Assembly: GCA_001938485.1 (NCBI GenBank)
Contig: MQRK01237146.1
Coordinates: 14,606 to 78,605, forward strand
DNA length: 64,000 bases
Direction of reading: 5' to 3'
Origin: Girardia tigrina
Taxonomy: Eukaryota
The notes under the pieces are model-generated. The model saw only the letters and a list, made by a program, of their open reading frames with translations, did no database searches and was not told the origin of the DNA. The number at the start of each line of letters is the position of its first letter. Position 1 is the first letter of the stretch. This document shows, piece by piece, positions 26,284 to 38,285 of the stretch. The position numbers and the translations under genes were made by a program.

Positions 26284-28565
26284 TGATATGCCGAATTCGT
26301 GAATTCGGCAACTTTAGAAATTTTTTTAAATTCAATTATGAAATTGATATTAATATTTAATTTGAAATAATATATATTTTATATGAAAAATTTTGTATTT
26401 AATATGAAAACATATAAATTTAATACGAAAAAATCAATTTAATTTGAAAAAATATCGATTTTATATGAAAAATTATCGATGTAATGGGAATAAAATATCA
26501 TTTTAATATGAAAAATATCGATTTAATAAGAAAAAAAATATCAATTTTATATGCAAAATCAATTTAATTTGAAAAAATATCTATTTAATAAGAAAATTGT
26601 ATTTAAAACTGTAACACTAGAATAATTCAACGACACAACAGGTATAAAAAATATTCAAAAAACACGCGTTTTAATTTAAACCCACAAAATCAAGAATATT
26701 GAAACAAAGTTTAATCATTAATATACATCTCCACCAGATTCGGAAGAATCTAACTCATCCCATGTGACATAATCACAGAATCTCCTCGGAGGTGGGCTCT
26801 CACGAATGATTGATTCAATTTTATCTTGTTGTGAAGAATCACTCAGATCCGAAATACTCAGTTGAAATCGCGTTCTTAGATCAGCAACATGGCACAAAGA
26901 GTCAACATTCCTTATGGTTACTAAGAATTGGACTGGACTTACTATCCCCTTAATAACTCCTTCTACCCATTTTTCGTCGCATCATTGGGCCTGATTTGGT
27001 TTCACCCATACTTTATCTCCCTCTTTGAACTTGGCTGAAAATTTATCTTTGCCAATATGATGTGTTAGGTTAACGACCAACTTAAACCAAGGTTTATTCC
27101 CGTAAAGAATTTCGGCTGGGGCGTACTGTTTTTTCGTAGAGTATTATTCATCCAATACATAGCTTCTTGGATTCCATTCCCTGCTCTTGCTGATAACACC
27201 TTGATAGTTTGATCACTCCTTTCCATTATTCCATTACAATTTGGTCTATTTACAACACTATATATGACATTGATGTTCCACGCCTTCATCTCTGATTTAA
27301 AGGTTTCAGAATAGAAAGACGAATAATTACCGTCGACTTGTTTTGAATCGAAGACATCCGCCGCAGTTCAAATCCCTTTCTAACAGCCGAAAACGGCATC
27401 TTTATCAATTTTCACACCTCCAAACTTCTGAATCACATCAAGACCGTTAATAGCTTTATAACCCGAAAACATTTTACTTATAATCAAACCTGTCGTAGAA
27501 CATTTTTTTATCACCAACAATAACCTCCAACTCGGCTTCCAGAACTCCAACTCTACTACCATCAATCATAGTTATCGTCCTATGAAATTTCGACGGCTTT
27601 CCGACGACAATAGTTCTGGATGCACCTGAATCGATTAAAGTTTCAACTTTACGGCCGTTAATGATACGGGACCTAGTAATTAATCTTAAACCAGGAGTAC
27701 ATCCGGCCTCTACTGCGAGGTACTCCCATCTCCGTTTCCCGAATAACATATCTTAGCTGAATGACCATAACTCTTACATGATTTGCATCTTAAGCCGTTT
27801 CTACACATGTTGGCGAAATGACCTTCCTGAAAACCTCTAAAACACATTACGTTAGACTTATTTGACTGCCGTGGAGAACTTTTATGGCGATTCTCTTCCG
27901 CCGTTCTAACATCACTGTCACTGAACTCTTGTGGCTTTTTATAGACTTTAACATTGCCATTGTTAAACCCACCATGTCCTCTTGTGATATTAGTTAGAGA
28001 AGCGACCATCAAGATCTCATTCCCTTTCAACTTTCAACAACTCTCTAGCCATCTTCAACATTTCAGGAAGCGACGCTACCTGACTTCGTCTGATTTCATT
28101 TTTTTCATATTAAATTGATAATTTTTCATGATAAACTCATATTTTTGTCATATTAAATACAGAATTTTTCATATTAAATTGATATTTTTTCGAATTAAAT
28201 TGATATTTCTTCATATTAAATTGATATTTTGTCATATAATATTGATTTTTTTAAATGTAAAATTATTATTAATTCATATTAAATACCCATTTTCATATAA
28301 AATTAATATTTTTTTCTTAAGTACATAATCTTTCATTTTGAATTGAGAAATTTTCATTTTAAAATGAAAATTTTTCATATAGTTAATGAATTCGGCAAAA
28401 ATTGACTAGTTCAAAAATTCGGCAAATACACTATTTAGTAAACTGTTGCCGATTTCACGAATTCGGCAAAATATTTTGCCTTATTCGGGAATTCGGATAT
28501 TTTTTGCCTAATTCACGAATTCAGTTGCCGATTACACGAATTCGGCAATTATACAAATTCGACAT

Positions 28566-28568
<3 letters not shown>
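26284..28568. mobile_element. non-autonomous TIR element (TG...ACA ends, Ginger-like or unknown family) with inverted subterminal tandem repeats
   Basis: Ends TGATATGCCGAATT / AATTCGACATAACA in a (TA)n context; GAATTCGGCAA repeats; ~21-bp tandem units TTTAATATGAAAAAATATCGA at 26340-26600, inverted at 28095-28380. Confidence 0.7.
26610..28095 (-). mobile_element. gypsy LTR retrotransposon remnant: gag-protease-integrase-PPT-3'LTR, with RT/RNase H missing
   Basis: Two zinc knuckles (CFRGFQEGHFANMC, CKSCKSYGHSAKIC), protease LIDSGAS, integrase RPNCNGIMERSDQTIK. PPT GGTGGAGA is followed by a 118-bp TG...CA LTR at 26727-26610. Confidence 0.85.
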
Positions 28569-28618
<50 letters not shown>

Positions 28619-28668
28619 NNNNNNNNNNNNNNNNNNNNNNNNNNNNNNNNNNNNNNNNNNNNNNNNNN

Positions 28669-28711
<43 letters not shown>

Positions 28712-28713
28712 AT
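28569..28713. repeat. (TA)n microsatellite spanning a gap; others at ~22060, 46065, 47825-47940 and 58023-58067
   Basis: Directly visible. Confidence 0.95.
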
Positions 28714-28979
28714 AACATATAAACTTATTCATTTTCGATGACAATAAATGATTTTGTGGGAATAAACGGAAAATTATTAGTTCCAGGACAATATTAATTG
28801 AAAAATATTTACTTATAAATTACAAGTAGTTTATAATAATTTTTATTGTGTGTTTTTTAATTAAAATTTTTTAAATGTTAATTGTTTTAAATTTTAAAAA
28901 TTTTATTGGCAAAGTAGAATTCTGTCTATATAAAGAATGGTTATAAAAATTAATTTTTTTGATTTACTAGTTAGTTTTA

Positions 28980-29300
28980 AATTTATGGAAATAACGCGTT
29001 TCACTATTACAGTGGTATGATTAATTACTCTTTAGAGGTAAAATCTGTTAATTTTACTTAAAAAACATACTTAAATTTTTTGATGTTAATTAAAAACTTT
29101 ATTATGATAGGATGAATCACCTTGCACGTTTAAACATGGTCTATAATGATGTATAGGCAATGCAACAACTATAATCCTTTCGCAATTTGTATTAAATATA
29201 CTTCACATTTAAATCATGATCGTTATGATTATCTTAACATTTTTTAAATATTACTTAAAATCAAAATACTTCTATTCGATTGAGTATGTTTAGCTATTCT
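28980..29300 (-). repeat. right arm of the diverged inverted repeat (partner ~24800-25100)
   Basis: Reverse complement matches 24880-25070 in several blocks. Confidence 0.65.
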
Positions 29301-30118
29301 AGTACGAAAATCATGACTTGTCTTTTCAATCTACAAGGCTTCATGCATGTCATATTTGAATTGATAAACTGGATTAGATTTAATACATAAATGAGTTTTG
29401 ATTTATTAGAAAAAAAGTCGTTTTGACATTTAATAGTTACAAAGATTATTCTCAATGTTAAGTCGAACGAGATTCAATATTCTAAAAGTCGTTTGAACTC
29501 TTGTAATATTTTGTCAAAGATTTTTGGAAATGTAATCGAAAGTCAAATTACCATATCTAAAATTACCGTAGAGTGCGAAACTTAGTACATAATATAAAAA
29601 TATTAACAAAAATCTTATTTTTGAAATTAATTGGAAAAATGTTTAAATTGGTTGGGAAAAAAATTTTGGCTATAATTCCTTTTTTGAATTTTTTTGGATG
29701 ACATAATTAATTTCGCGTTGCAATTTAGAATTAGTTAGAATTAATTTAATTTTGTGTTGTTTTTTAAATTTAGTAGATAATTTAAATTACTAAATAATTA
29801 CTAAACCAATGGAATGAATTTCTCATTGGAATTAATTTTTCGTTGCTATTAATTTTGCGTTAGAATTAATTTCGCATTGGAATTTAAATTTGGAATACAT
29901 CTTTGCAATCCTTGGGTCTTCACCGAAAAATTGATAAATATTATCGATGACATGAAGTTAGAAAGCTTATACATACGAAATAACTTACAAACAACGAGTC
30001 AAAGTGACCCAAATGATGGCATTAATAAACGGAGACATAAGTCAATTGCAGTTTTTGTGCAACCACCCCAACATAATTGTTAATTTATTTTTTATTAAAA
30101 TTCGAAAGCCAATTGAAA

Positions 30119-30160
30119 ATATTTATTAATTTCGACGGTTTAACCGTCATCGTCAGAACA
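30119..30160 (-). ncRNA. minimal type I hammerhead ribozyme (PLE-associated)
   Basis: Minus strand: GTT-CTGACGA-T-GACGGTT-A-AACCGTC-GAAA-TTAATA-AAT. Confidence 0.75.
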
Positions 30161-30498
30161 AATGATTTTTCAAACGAAATTTACTTATATAGTGCAGTTA
30201 ATGGTTATGTAATCCATACGTAATCAGTACATCATTTAAAAACTCTCAACAAAGTTGTAGAGAGTGCAGTTTGAACGTTAATTTTAGGATCCAAAGATCT
30301 TATATATAACGCTCAACATGTCACTCTCTCCCAATAATTTTTAAATTGAGTACACAGAATTTTAAAGTGTTGTGAAGTTATATCTCCTTTACAATGTCTT
30401 CTATGTCCTGCAATGTTTTTAAATGATGTACTGATTACGTATTGATTGCATAATCATTAACTGCACTATATAAGTAAATTTCGTTTGAAAAATCATTT

Positions 30499-30538
30499 GT
30501 TCTGACGATGACGGTTAAACCGTCGAAATTAATAAACG
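30499..30538 (+). ncRNA. minimal type I hammerhead ribozyme (PLE-associated)
   Basis: GTT-CTGACGA-T-GACGGTT-A-AACCGTC-GAAA-TTAATA-AAC: CUGANGA/GAAA core, 7-bp stem II, palindromic ATTAAT stem III. Confidence 0.8.
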
Positions 30539-30847
30539 TTTTCAATTGGCTTTCAAGTTTTGATTTTAATAACTTGCCAATTTTATTTCAATTTATTCAC
30601 AATTATTTTTTATTATTATTAATTTTTGAGTATATTTTTAGTTTTTTTAATTTTTTTATTTAGTAATTTAAATTATCTACTAAATTTTAAAAAACACAAA
30701 ATTAAATTAATTCCAATGCGAAATTAATTCTGCGTGAAATTAATTCTAACGCGTAATTAATTCCGCATCCCATTTTTTTAGTCAATTTCCTTATTTTCTG
30801 GAAGTAATGATTAAAAAATATCAAAATAAACTTAACACCCTAGTAGG

Positions 30848-32980
30848 CATGGTACATTAAAACGTAGAAAATAAAATGCGGAATGTGGAAACTAAAAATG
30901 TCAAAAACAAAAATATCGAAAATAAAAATTTTTAAAATAAAATATGAATAAAACATAGAAAACAAAGAAGAAAAGATGTTTATATTTAGACCAGAAAGTT
31001 TCAAATACAATTATTGTAGTTGAAGAGCTTGGTCTAAGCGAATGTTTCATTTAAGTCAAAACATTTTTTTTTAAAAAAATGTTAATTGTGGGCTAAAAAC
31101 TAATTATAATGAGGATGAAAACTTAGAAATGTATACAAGGGCGTTGTACATAAAAGCGATATTAGAAATGTATTTCTTTAAATGCAAAACATCATTTCAT
31201 ATTTATCTTCAAAAATATACTTTTATTTTTGAAATTTTATGTTGGATCTGTCTTAAATAAGATGGTTGGTTTAGTAATGTATCCAGTAGATATGTAGCAT
31301 TCTATAACACGACTTTTTAATGATATCCCACGATGATGATTTGTTAGATTTACAAAAAACTATATTATTCAAGCAAATTAGATGATCTAATTAATTACAC
31401 AAACAATGTTATTGAAGGTTTGAATAACTCATTCAAAACAATATGTGGTAATATAAATCTAACATTTAAAAATTTTATTTTGAAAATAAAGCACGAGGAA
31501 CGATCTGCTTATCAAAAATTTGTAATGTTGACTAATTGAGAAAATATACGAAGAAAAACAAAATATGTTGTTGTAGTGTCGGCGGATTGAAGCTTCGGTA
31601 GTGGGACCTGATTGTCTCATGTGCCCTCCTGGGTGGCAGGGTACTGGAATGCACCAAAGGGAGCCCCGATCGCCGACTCAAAAATCTTACCGTATTTTGA
31701 TGGCGTGTACAAAACGCTGAAGGGGCCGCCATCACACCCGCAAGTAATCTTGGCACCGACGTTGGAATTGATCGCGTGTTGTCGCCGGAGATCGCAACTC
31801 GATCGTGTCATTCTTGGCAAATCGGTCACTTGTTGTTTTGACGAATTATCAATTTAGAAATAACTTCCATTTTTCATTATTTCCGGATATTTGTCAAAAA
31901 TATCTAGTGATTTGAGAACGTCGATAAAGCTGATATTAAGATGTCATTCGTGAATATTTATTAAGACATCAATTTATGAATTTAAATTTTTCAAAAAAAA
32001 CGCAAAAGTAATTTATTTCGGAATGCATTAAAACAATCGTTTGTCAGTCAATATTATAAGATTTTCTTGTTTTAAACGAAAGATTAATTGAATTTTTATT
32101 GGAGCGTAATAATAAAGATCCTACAACATACATTTTTGAAATGGCTGGTTATATTTATAATTAACAAATTATGGCTTCTATATTGATAATATTAATAATT
32201 ATTTAATAAACATACTGTTGGGGTTTCGAGAGATACATATGAGCACTTTTGACAAAATTTTATGAAAAAAAATTTAAAATTATTCTTTTGGTAAAATTAT
32301 TAATTTCAAACAAAATTTGGAATTTAAAATTAAAAATATTTTATTCTTTGTTTTATTTTATCAATTTTCAAGGCTGATGAAAACTACTATATAAACAGCA
32401 TCAAATTTAGTTTAGTTCGCCCAAAAATTCTCTTAACAAGAAAACAAAAACAAAGGAGTCAAGTAAATTTATTATAAAAATTTATTTTTATTTATTATTC
32501 TTTAAAACATTTTTTATAAAACCGAAAGCATCCCGTATGGGAGAAAAGGGTTTTTATTAAAAATTTTAACTATCGTTCGTTTTGGAGATTCACAGTTTTT
32601 ACTGTAATCTGTTAACTCGTACGAAATATTGATTTTTGTTTGTTCTGTCATCAATAATTGAATTATTATTATTATTTTTGACGTGTTAATTTTGTTATTT
32701 GAAATAAAGTTTCATAAAAGAATTTGTGTTCAGCCTTTATATATTTATGTTGGAAGTCCTTACTGATTAATTGGAGTCAGATTAAAGATTAAAGATTTGT
32801 GTTTTTAAAAAGTACATATTTAAAATTAAAGATTTTAATACCCAACAATACTTATTTTTTTTAACTATATTCATTTATTTATTTAAAAATATTAATTCTT
32901 TCACTTATTTTCTTGCTAAGTTTTTCAAATGGTTTTGAGACATTTATTGACGTTCATTTTTCGACTTTATAACGTCGTAT
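30848..32980 (+). mobile_element. MULE remnant containing a host-gene fragment
   Basis: 9-bp direct repeat CCTAGTAGG at 30839-30847 and 32981-32989; degenerate TIR. Transposase tail YTNNVIEGLNNSF...RRKTKYVV breaks at 31572 and resumes as LNERLIEFLL...YIFEMAGYIYN* from 32072. Confidence 0.75.
31573..31970 (+). pseudogene. probable DEAD-box RNA helicase N-terminal fragment, decayed
   Basis: Ordered degenerate motifs across frames: LLGGRVLECTKGS (motif I region), ILPYF, PQVILAPTLEL (motif Ia, APTREL), SVTCCF, VDKADIKMSF (motif II, DEAD..xMGF). Confidence 0.5.
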
Positions 32981-32999
32981 CCTAGTAGGATAAAAACTA

Positions 33000-33990
33000 A
33001 TTGCTTAATTAATCAATGAACAACACTCTCTGATTAACTTCATTTGAAAACTCGCGTAGGGGAAAGTTCTTTTCCAAATAAGTGGAAGAAGTCAAGCAGC
33101 TACTCCTCGTGCAGAAGAATTTTCTGAAGTACTTAAATACTTAGTACTACAGTTTATAATAAATGTAAGTTAAATTGTGAATTTAAAACAAGATAAGAAT
33201 GCATATTTGACTCAGGCAATCGAACGGATGATAAATCATTTTTCTTGTCTTGGTCAAATGAAGAATCGGCTCTGTGTCTGTTAGTAAGAGTTTTGAAAGA
33301 ACACTTTTCCAACACTGTAATATGCATCTATTTCAGATAAATCCCCCAATAAAGTTAACACAGCATTACAAACAAGATTATAAAAGGGAGAATATGAAAC
33401 TTGTACATCTAGTTTTTACTGAAGATGGTGAAATTTGGACATGTCATTAATAATTAGAATGAAAATGTCCATATTTCGGTATCTTTGGCTTCAAACGAAC
33501 TCTTACAAGTAGTTGATCTCTAAATATTGGTGTTTGCCACATTGGGGATTATTTAATATCTCGAAGAAAGATTCAATTGTTTTTTTGATGAGCTCCAGTT
33601 GTTAGATCCAACATGTTTTATGTTTAATTAACCGTTTGATGAGTAGAATTCTGACCAGTAATCGTTTCAATTCCTTGATATAATGCTCACATATCTCGAA
33701 TGATGATTCGGTTTGGAGCGATGGTTCGATCTTGCATTGTATACATGAACATTTTAGTCTCCTGGCAGATCCATCCATAAATCAACTGCTAGGAAATTTT
33801 CCTGTGTGATTTTCCCAGTGAGATATAAGCGTTTTATCAATTTTCACGTGTAAACATAGCCATCGAAAATTGTTGGAGTTCAAAAAAGCTGCCTGGAGCA
33901 AATTTTGAGCAGAAAGTTCTTCAAGTAAATAGCGATCTTGAAGCTAAAGGACAATTCCTGTGAGAATAATTTGATTGTTCCCATAATTTT
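33000..33990 (-). mobile_element. very decayed Tc1/mariner remnant
   Basis: Patchy KVML-like and FHLFG...FSNEV motifs; no TIRs identified. Confidence 0.35.
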
Positions 33991-34029
33991 AGACAAGCAA
34001 CAACAAAAAAAAATCATATGTTTGAATGT

Positions 34030-34620
34030 GTGAATGCATTGATGTTGTATGTTGATTTGAGTATGTTGAATTTAGAATGGGGAATCTCCCACCCAGATGG
34101 AAATTGGTATTTTTTAAATTGAAAGTGATTGACTATTCGAACATAATTAAAATAATAATTTGATAACTTTATATTTTTTAAATTAAAAATTTAAATTAAG
34201 TTTATTATTTTTAAGAAAAGAAAAGCATTTAATCATATTTAAATAAATTTAATAAGATTTAAATTAAAGTCATTTTTAAAAATTTGATAACATTTTTATA
34301 ATTTTGTGTTTTTATTTAGAAATTATTTAAATTGTTATTTTTAATATTTTTATAAGCGTTTTATCAATTTCAACGTATAAACCTGGCCATAGAATATTTT
34401 AATTAAATATTTTAAATTAAATATTTTAAAAAGATTTAGAAAAATTGTTCGAATAATCATGATTAAAAATAGAAATAACGAAACTTATTAGAGCGATGTC
34501 AAACGGTGAAAGACCTTCTGAGAGTTGTAATGACTAAATGCGATAGTATTCAAAAGTTTATAATAATTAAAATGAAAAAATTGATTCCCAAAACAAAAAT
34601 AAGTTATTCAAATTCAAATA
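34030..34620 (+). repeat. dispersed diverged repeat (copies at ~50130-50700 and partial at ~55700-55780)
   Basis: Shared blocks CACCCAGATGGAAA, TTGTTCGAATAAT and CGATGTC...GAAAG...CTGAGAGTTGT in the same order and similar spacing. Confidence 0.6.
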
Positions 34621-35149
34621 ATCAGTTTTTAAAAAATGAAATATTATTGAAGTTTATTTATGTAAAAATTAATTTCTAGAATAATTAAATTTTCGTAAAA
34701 TGAATTTTTTAAAACATTAAAGTATTGAAATCATTATTCCGAAAATTTAATATTTAATGGTTGAGTTCGGAAAATTAAAATACCTGAAAGGATAAACATA
34801 AAAATATAATTAAAAAATCTATTTAAATATGAAACTGGAAAATAAATTACATTGCTGAACAAATAGGATATCTAGTTGTGCTAGTTCCTCAGAAATTTGT
34901 TTAAAAAATCATTGTTTGTTAGAAATAAAGTTTTGGGAGTTAATGAATCTTGATTTTAATCTCGAACCCAACAAGATATATTAGGTCGTCAAGTATGAAT
35001 TTGTAGATATGATTACAATAAATTCAAATAGTTATGATTTACAATGACTTAACATTTTGTTGCCCAGGTCTTTTTATTTGATTGTTACATTTCTTGGCTG
35101 TTGAATAAACATCAAATAAAATTAATTAAAATTTTTGATAACTTGTTTT

Positions 35150-35340
35150 AATAATCAGTATTTTGAAAAATGGGAAAGGCAGAAATTCGAACTATAATGA
35201 AGTACAAGTTCCTACGTGGAACCTCAGCTTCAGAAAACATGAGAAACATCAATAGTGTATTCAGATAGAAATTGGTTCAGAAAATTCGTGAAAGGTAATT
35301 TTAATCTCAATAATGAATCTCGGCGTCACTCACGAAGTTC
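35150..35340 (+). mobile_element. mariner N-terminal fragment
   Basis: MGKAEIRTIMKYKFLRGTSASENMRNINSVF...WFRKFVKGNFNLNNESR. Confidence 0.65.
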
Positions 35341-36084
35341 CTAGATGTTTATGATTCAAAAATCGATTAAAAAGTTACCACCCGCTCCAGTCTGTGGAAA
35401 ACCATTTAATCAATATAAATAATGTTAAAATTCTGCTGACAAAATATAATAATCAAACGTATAATAATTTAAAGATAATAAAGATATAGTAAGATAAATG
35501 TACAAAAGGCTCTTGATAACCTTGTTTCATAGGTATTTAAAAAAAACTTTTGTAGAACAAGTTTCAATAATAATAATAATAATTCATCATTTCTGCAAAT
35601 TAATATTTTGATATTACAAAATTAAATATAAAACAATTTATTGAATGTTTTATCATGATTGAATTTTATTGGATACTAATTATTATTTAATTTTTGAATA
35701 ATATAATTTTTGAAAGCTACTTTACCTTTATTATTTGATTATTAATCAAAAGATTTAAGTCTGATCAACAATGATTCACAATATAACATCTCATGATGTG
35801 TATCGAAATTCATCTTGTGTACAAATTTAATTGTCATGAGTGTCGAAATTTGTACAAAACGCGCATTATTAGATCTAGTAAGGTTGATGATTTATTGATT
35901 TTTTGCAAAGATAGAACTTTTTCAATTAAAAAAGACAATATTTCTATTCTTCAGACGACTTTCGATTCACATTATGGGAAGTTTCATGGTGAGTCTTACT
36001 AATCAGATGATTTAATCAGTCACCGATTAATGACTAAAATGGAAAAGATTAAGCAACTTCCTTATTAAATATTTACAATTAATA

Positions 36085-37480
36085 CAGTCTGAGTCATATA
36101 ATTATCACTTTTTTAAATAAAGCCCTATCTTTTCTATTATTTAAGATATATCTCTGTAATTTAGTAGATATATATTACTCATGTTATATAACAATATTTT
36201 AAATAAAAGAAATTAATATGATAGCTATAATTGAAAAAAAAACACAAAATCATTATTTTCACCATTTTAGGCTGAGTCAGATAATTNNNNNNNNNNNNNN
36301 NNNNNNNNNNNNNNNNNNNNNNNNNNNNNNNNNNNNNNNNNNNNNNNNNNNNNNNNNNNNNNNNNNNNNNNNNNNNNNNNNNNNNNNNNNNNNNNNNNNN
36401 NNNNNNNNNNNNNNNNNNNNNNNNNNNNNNNNNNNNNNNNNNNNNNNNNNNNNNNNNNNNNNNNNNNNNNNNNNNNNNNNNNNNNNNNNNNNNNNNNNNN
36501 NNNNNNNNNNNNNNNNNNNNNNNNNNNNNNNNNNNNNNNNNNNNNNNNNNNNNNNNNNNNNNNNNNNNNNNNNNNNNNNNNNNNNNNNNNNNNNNNNNNN
36601 NNNNNNNNNNNNNNNNNNNNNNNNNNNNNNNNNNNNNNNNNNNNNNNNNNNNNNNNNNNNNNNNNNNNNNNNNNNNNNNNNNNNNNNNNNNNNNNNNNNN
36701 NNNNNNNNNNNNNNNNNNNNNNNNNNNNNNNNNNNNNNNNNNNNNNNNNNNNNNNNNNNNNNNNNNNNNNNNNNNNNNNNNNNNNNNNNNNNNNNNNNNN
36801 NAAAATGAATTCTATTGCGTATCAAGAAATGCTTGAAAGTCATTTACTACCATTTATAAATGAACTCAACGACGAGAATATCAGTTTTCAACAAGATAAT
36901 GCACCAATCCACGTCTCTGGGATCGACAAAGGAGTGGTTTGACAACCAAAATATTGATCTTTTGGATTGGCCTGCAATTAGTCCAGACTTAAACCCCATC
37001 GAAAACATCTGGGGTTTAATCACAAGGGTTGTTTACAAAGATGGACAACAATATCGTGACAAAGATGATCTAACAAATGCCATTGTACGGGCTTGGGATG
37101 GGTTACCTTTGGATACTCTTCAAAACCTGATAAAATCGATGAAGACTAGAGTATTACAATTGATTAAAGCTGGTGGANNNNNNNNNNNNNNNNNNNNNNN
37201 NNNNNNNNNNNNNNNNNNNNNNNNNNNNNNNNNNNNNNNNNNNNNNNNNNNNNNNNNNNNNNNNNNNNNNNNNNNNNNNNNNNNNNNNNNNNNNNNNNNN
37301 NNNNNNNNNNNNNNNNNNNNNNNNNNNNNNNNNNNNNNNNNNNNNNNNNNNNNNNNNNNNNNNNNNNNNTTATATAACATGAGTAATATATATATATATA
37401 CTAAATTACAGAGATATATCTTAAATAATAGAAAAGATAGGGCTTTATTTAAAAAAGTGATAATTATATGACTCAGACTG
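36085..37480 (+). mobile_element. Tc1-like (DD34E) element with long TIRs, gapped
   Basis: TA|CAGTCTGAGTCATATAATT...ACTCAGACTG|TA with a near-perfect TIR of about 100 bp or more and an inner repeat of the end motif at ~36272; FQQDNAPIH and DWPAISPDLNPIENIWG. Confidence 0.92.
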
Positions 37481-37711
37481 TATATAATACTACAAATTGA
37501 AAGTACAATTAATATCCATTAAAATTTAACCGTATAAAAGATTAATTAAAATGTTTTATATACACTCTTGTGACATCAAAGTACTAATTTGCTGAAGACG
37601 ATAAATTACTAAGATTGAATAATATTTAATGATATTTTTAGAAATGCTTTAACAAATATCTATTCTAAAAATATCCAATTAATGTTCACTTGATTACATA
37701 CATTGATTATA

Positions 37712-38285
37712 TGTGACCGCAGCTGAGAAAAGAGACCACAAGTCGCTGCACAGAAAGCCACGAAATCGCCTGTAATAGTGGATTTGTCAAAAATGGGGCA
37801 AAAGTAGTTCTCTATCTATTTCAATAGGTCAATCCATGCCCCTGAATACAGTATGCATCATTTGTTGTTCTGACCTATTTATAGGCCTTAACTACCAACT
37901 TCAAGTGACTGAGTGAAAAAGGACCACAAGTCGGCCATTGTGTTTTCACTAATAAATCATACCAATACTGAGGAAAATACTTTTTGTCATTAGGTATATA
38001 TAGCGGGCTTGATGTTTAATTTTAGTGAAAATATTTAAAGTCAGGTGAATCATTATTCAGACTGCTGCTGCTGACTAAAACGCATTGCATAATAGACAAT
38101 GTTTCAATTCGCGTTTTCTCAAGAACGAGTTTTTACGAATATGACCATTGTAATATCTGTAGAAGAGTCAAATGATGGAATATCAGCATGATTTTTTGCA
38201 CAGTTGTTATCTATTATGAGACCTACAACGTGGCACTCTTAACTCAGTTTCATACTTGTGGTCCCTTTTCTCAGCTTTGGTCACA
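37712..38285. mobile_element. MITE with TGTGACC termini, superfamily unassigned
   Basis: TGTGACCGCAGCTGAGAAAAGAGACCACAAGT / ACTTGTGGTCCCTTTTCTCAGCTTTGGTCACA; internal repeat of GACCACAAGTCG at ~37922. Confidence 0.8.

Larger units (their letters stand above)
30104..30555. mobile_element. Penelope-like 3' remnant with inverted pseudo-LTRs
   Basis: ~135-bp inverted repeat (30106-30243 versus 30415-30553). The spacer reads LYIRSLDPKINVQ...LLRVFK* on the minus strand (GIY-YIG C-terminus). Each arm holds a hammerhead. Confidence 0.8.
29696..30770. mobile_element. MULE-type MITE carrying a nested Penelope remnant
   Basis: GGATG...CATCC ends; ~100-bp imperfect TIR including AAATTTAGTAGATAATTTAAATTACTAAATAA; 9-bp TSD AATTTTTTT/CATTTTTTT (8/9 match). 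Confidence 0.7.

Noticed and set aside
26340-26600. CRISPR-like periodic repeats, also at 28095-28560
   Set aside because: No unique spacers and no cas genes; these are subterminal tandem repeats of a TIR element in a eukaryote.
31590-31660. EGF-like reading VVGPDCLMCPPGWQG
   Set aside because: It needs a frameshift to supply the last Cys. The ordered DEAD-box motifs explain the insert better, though EGF is not fully excluded.
32373-32420. CTGATGA as a possible hammerhead core
   Set aside because: No stem II closed by GAAA.
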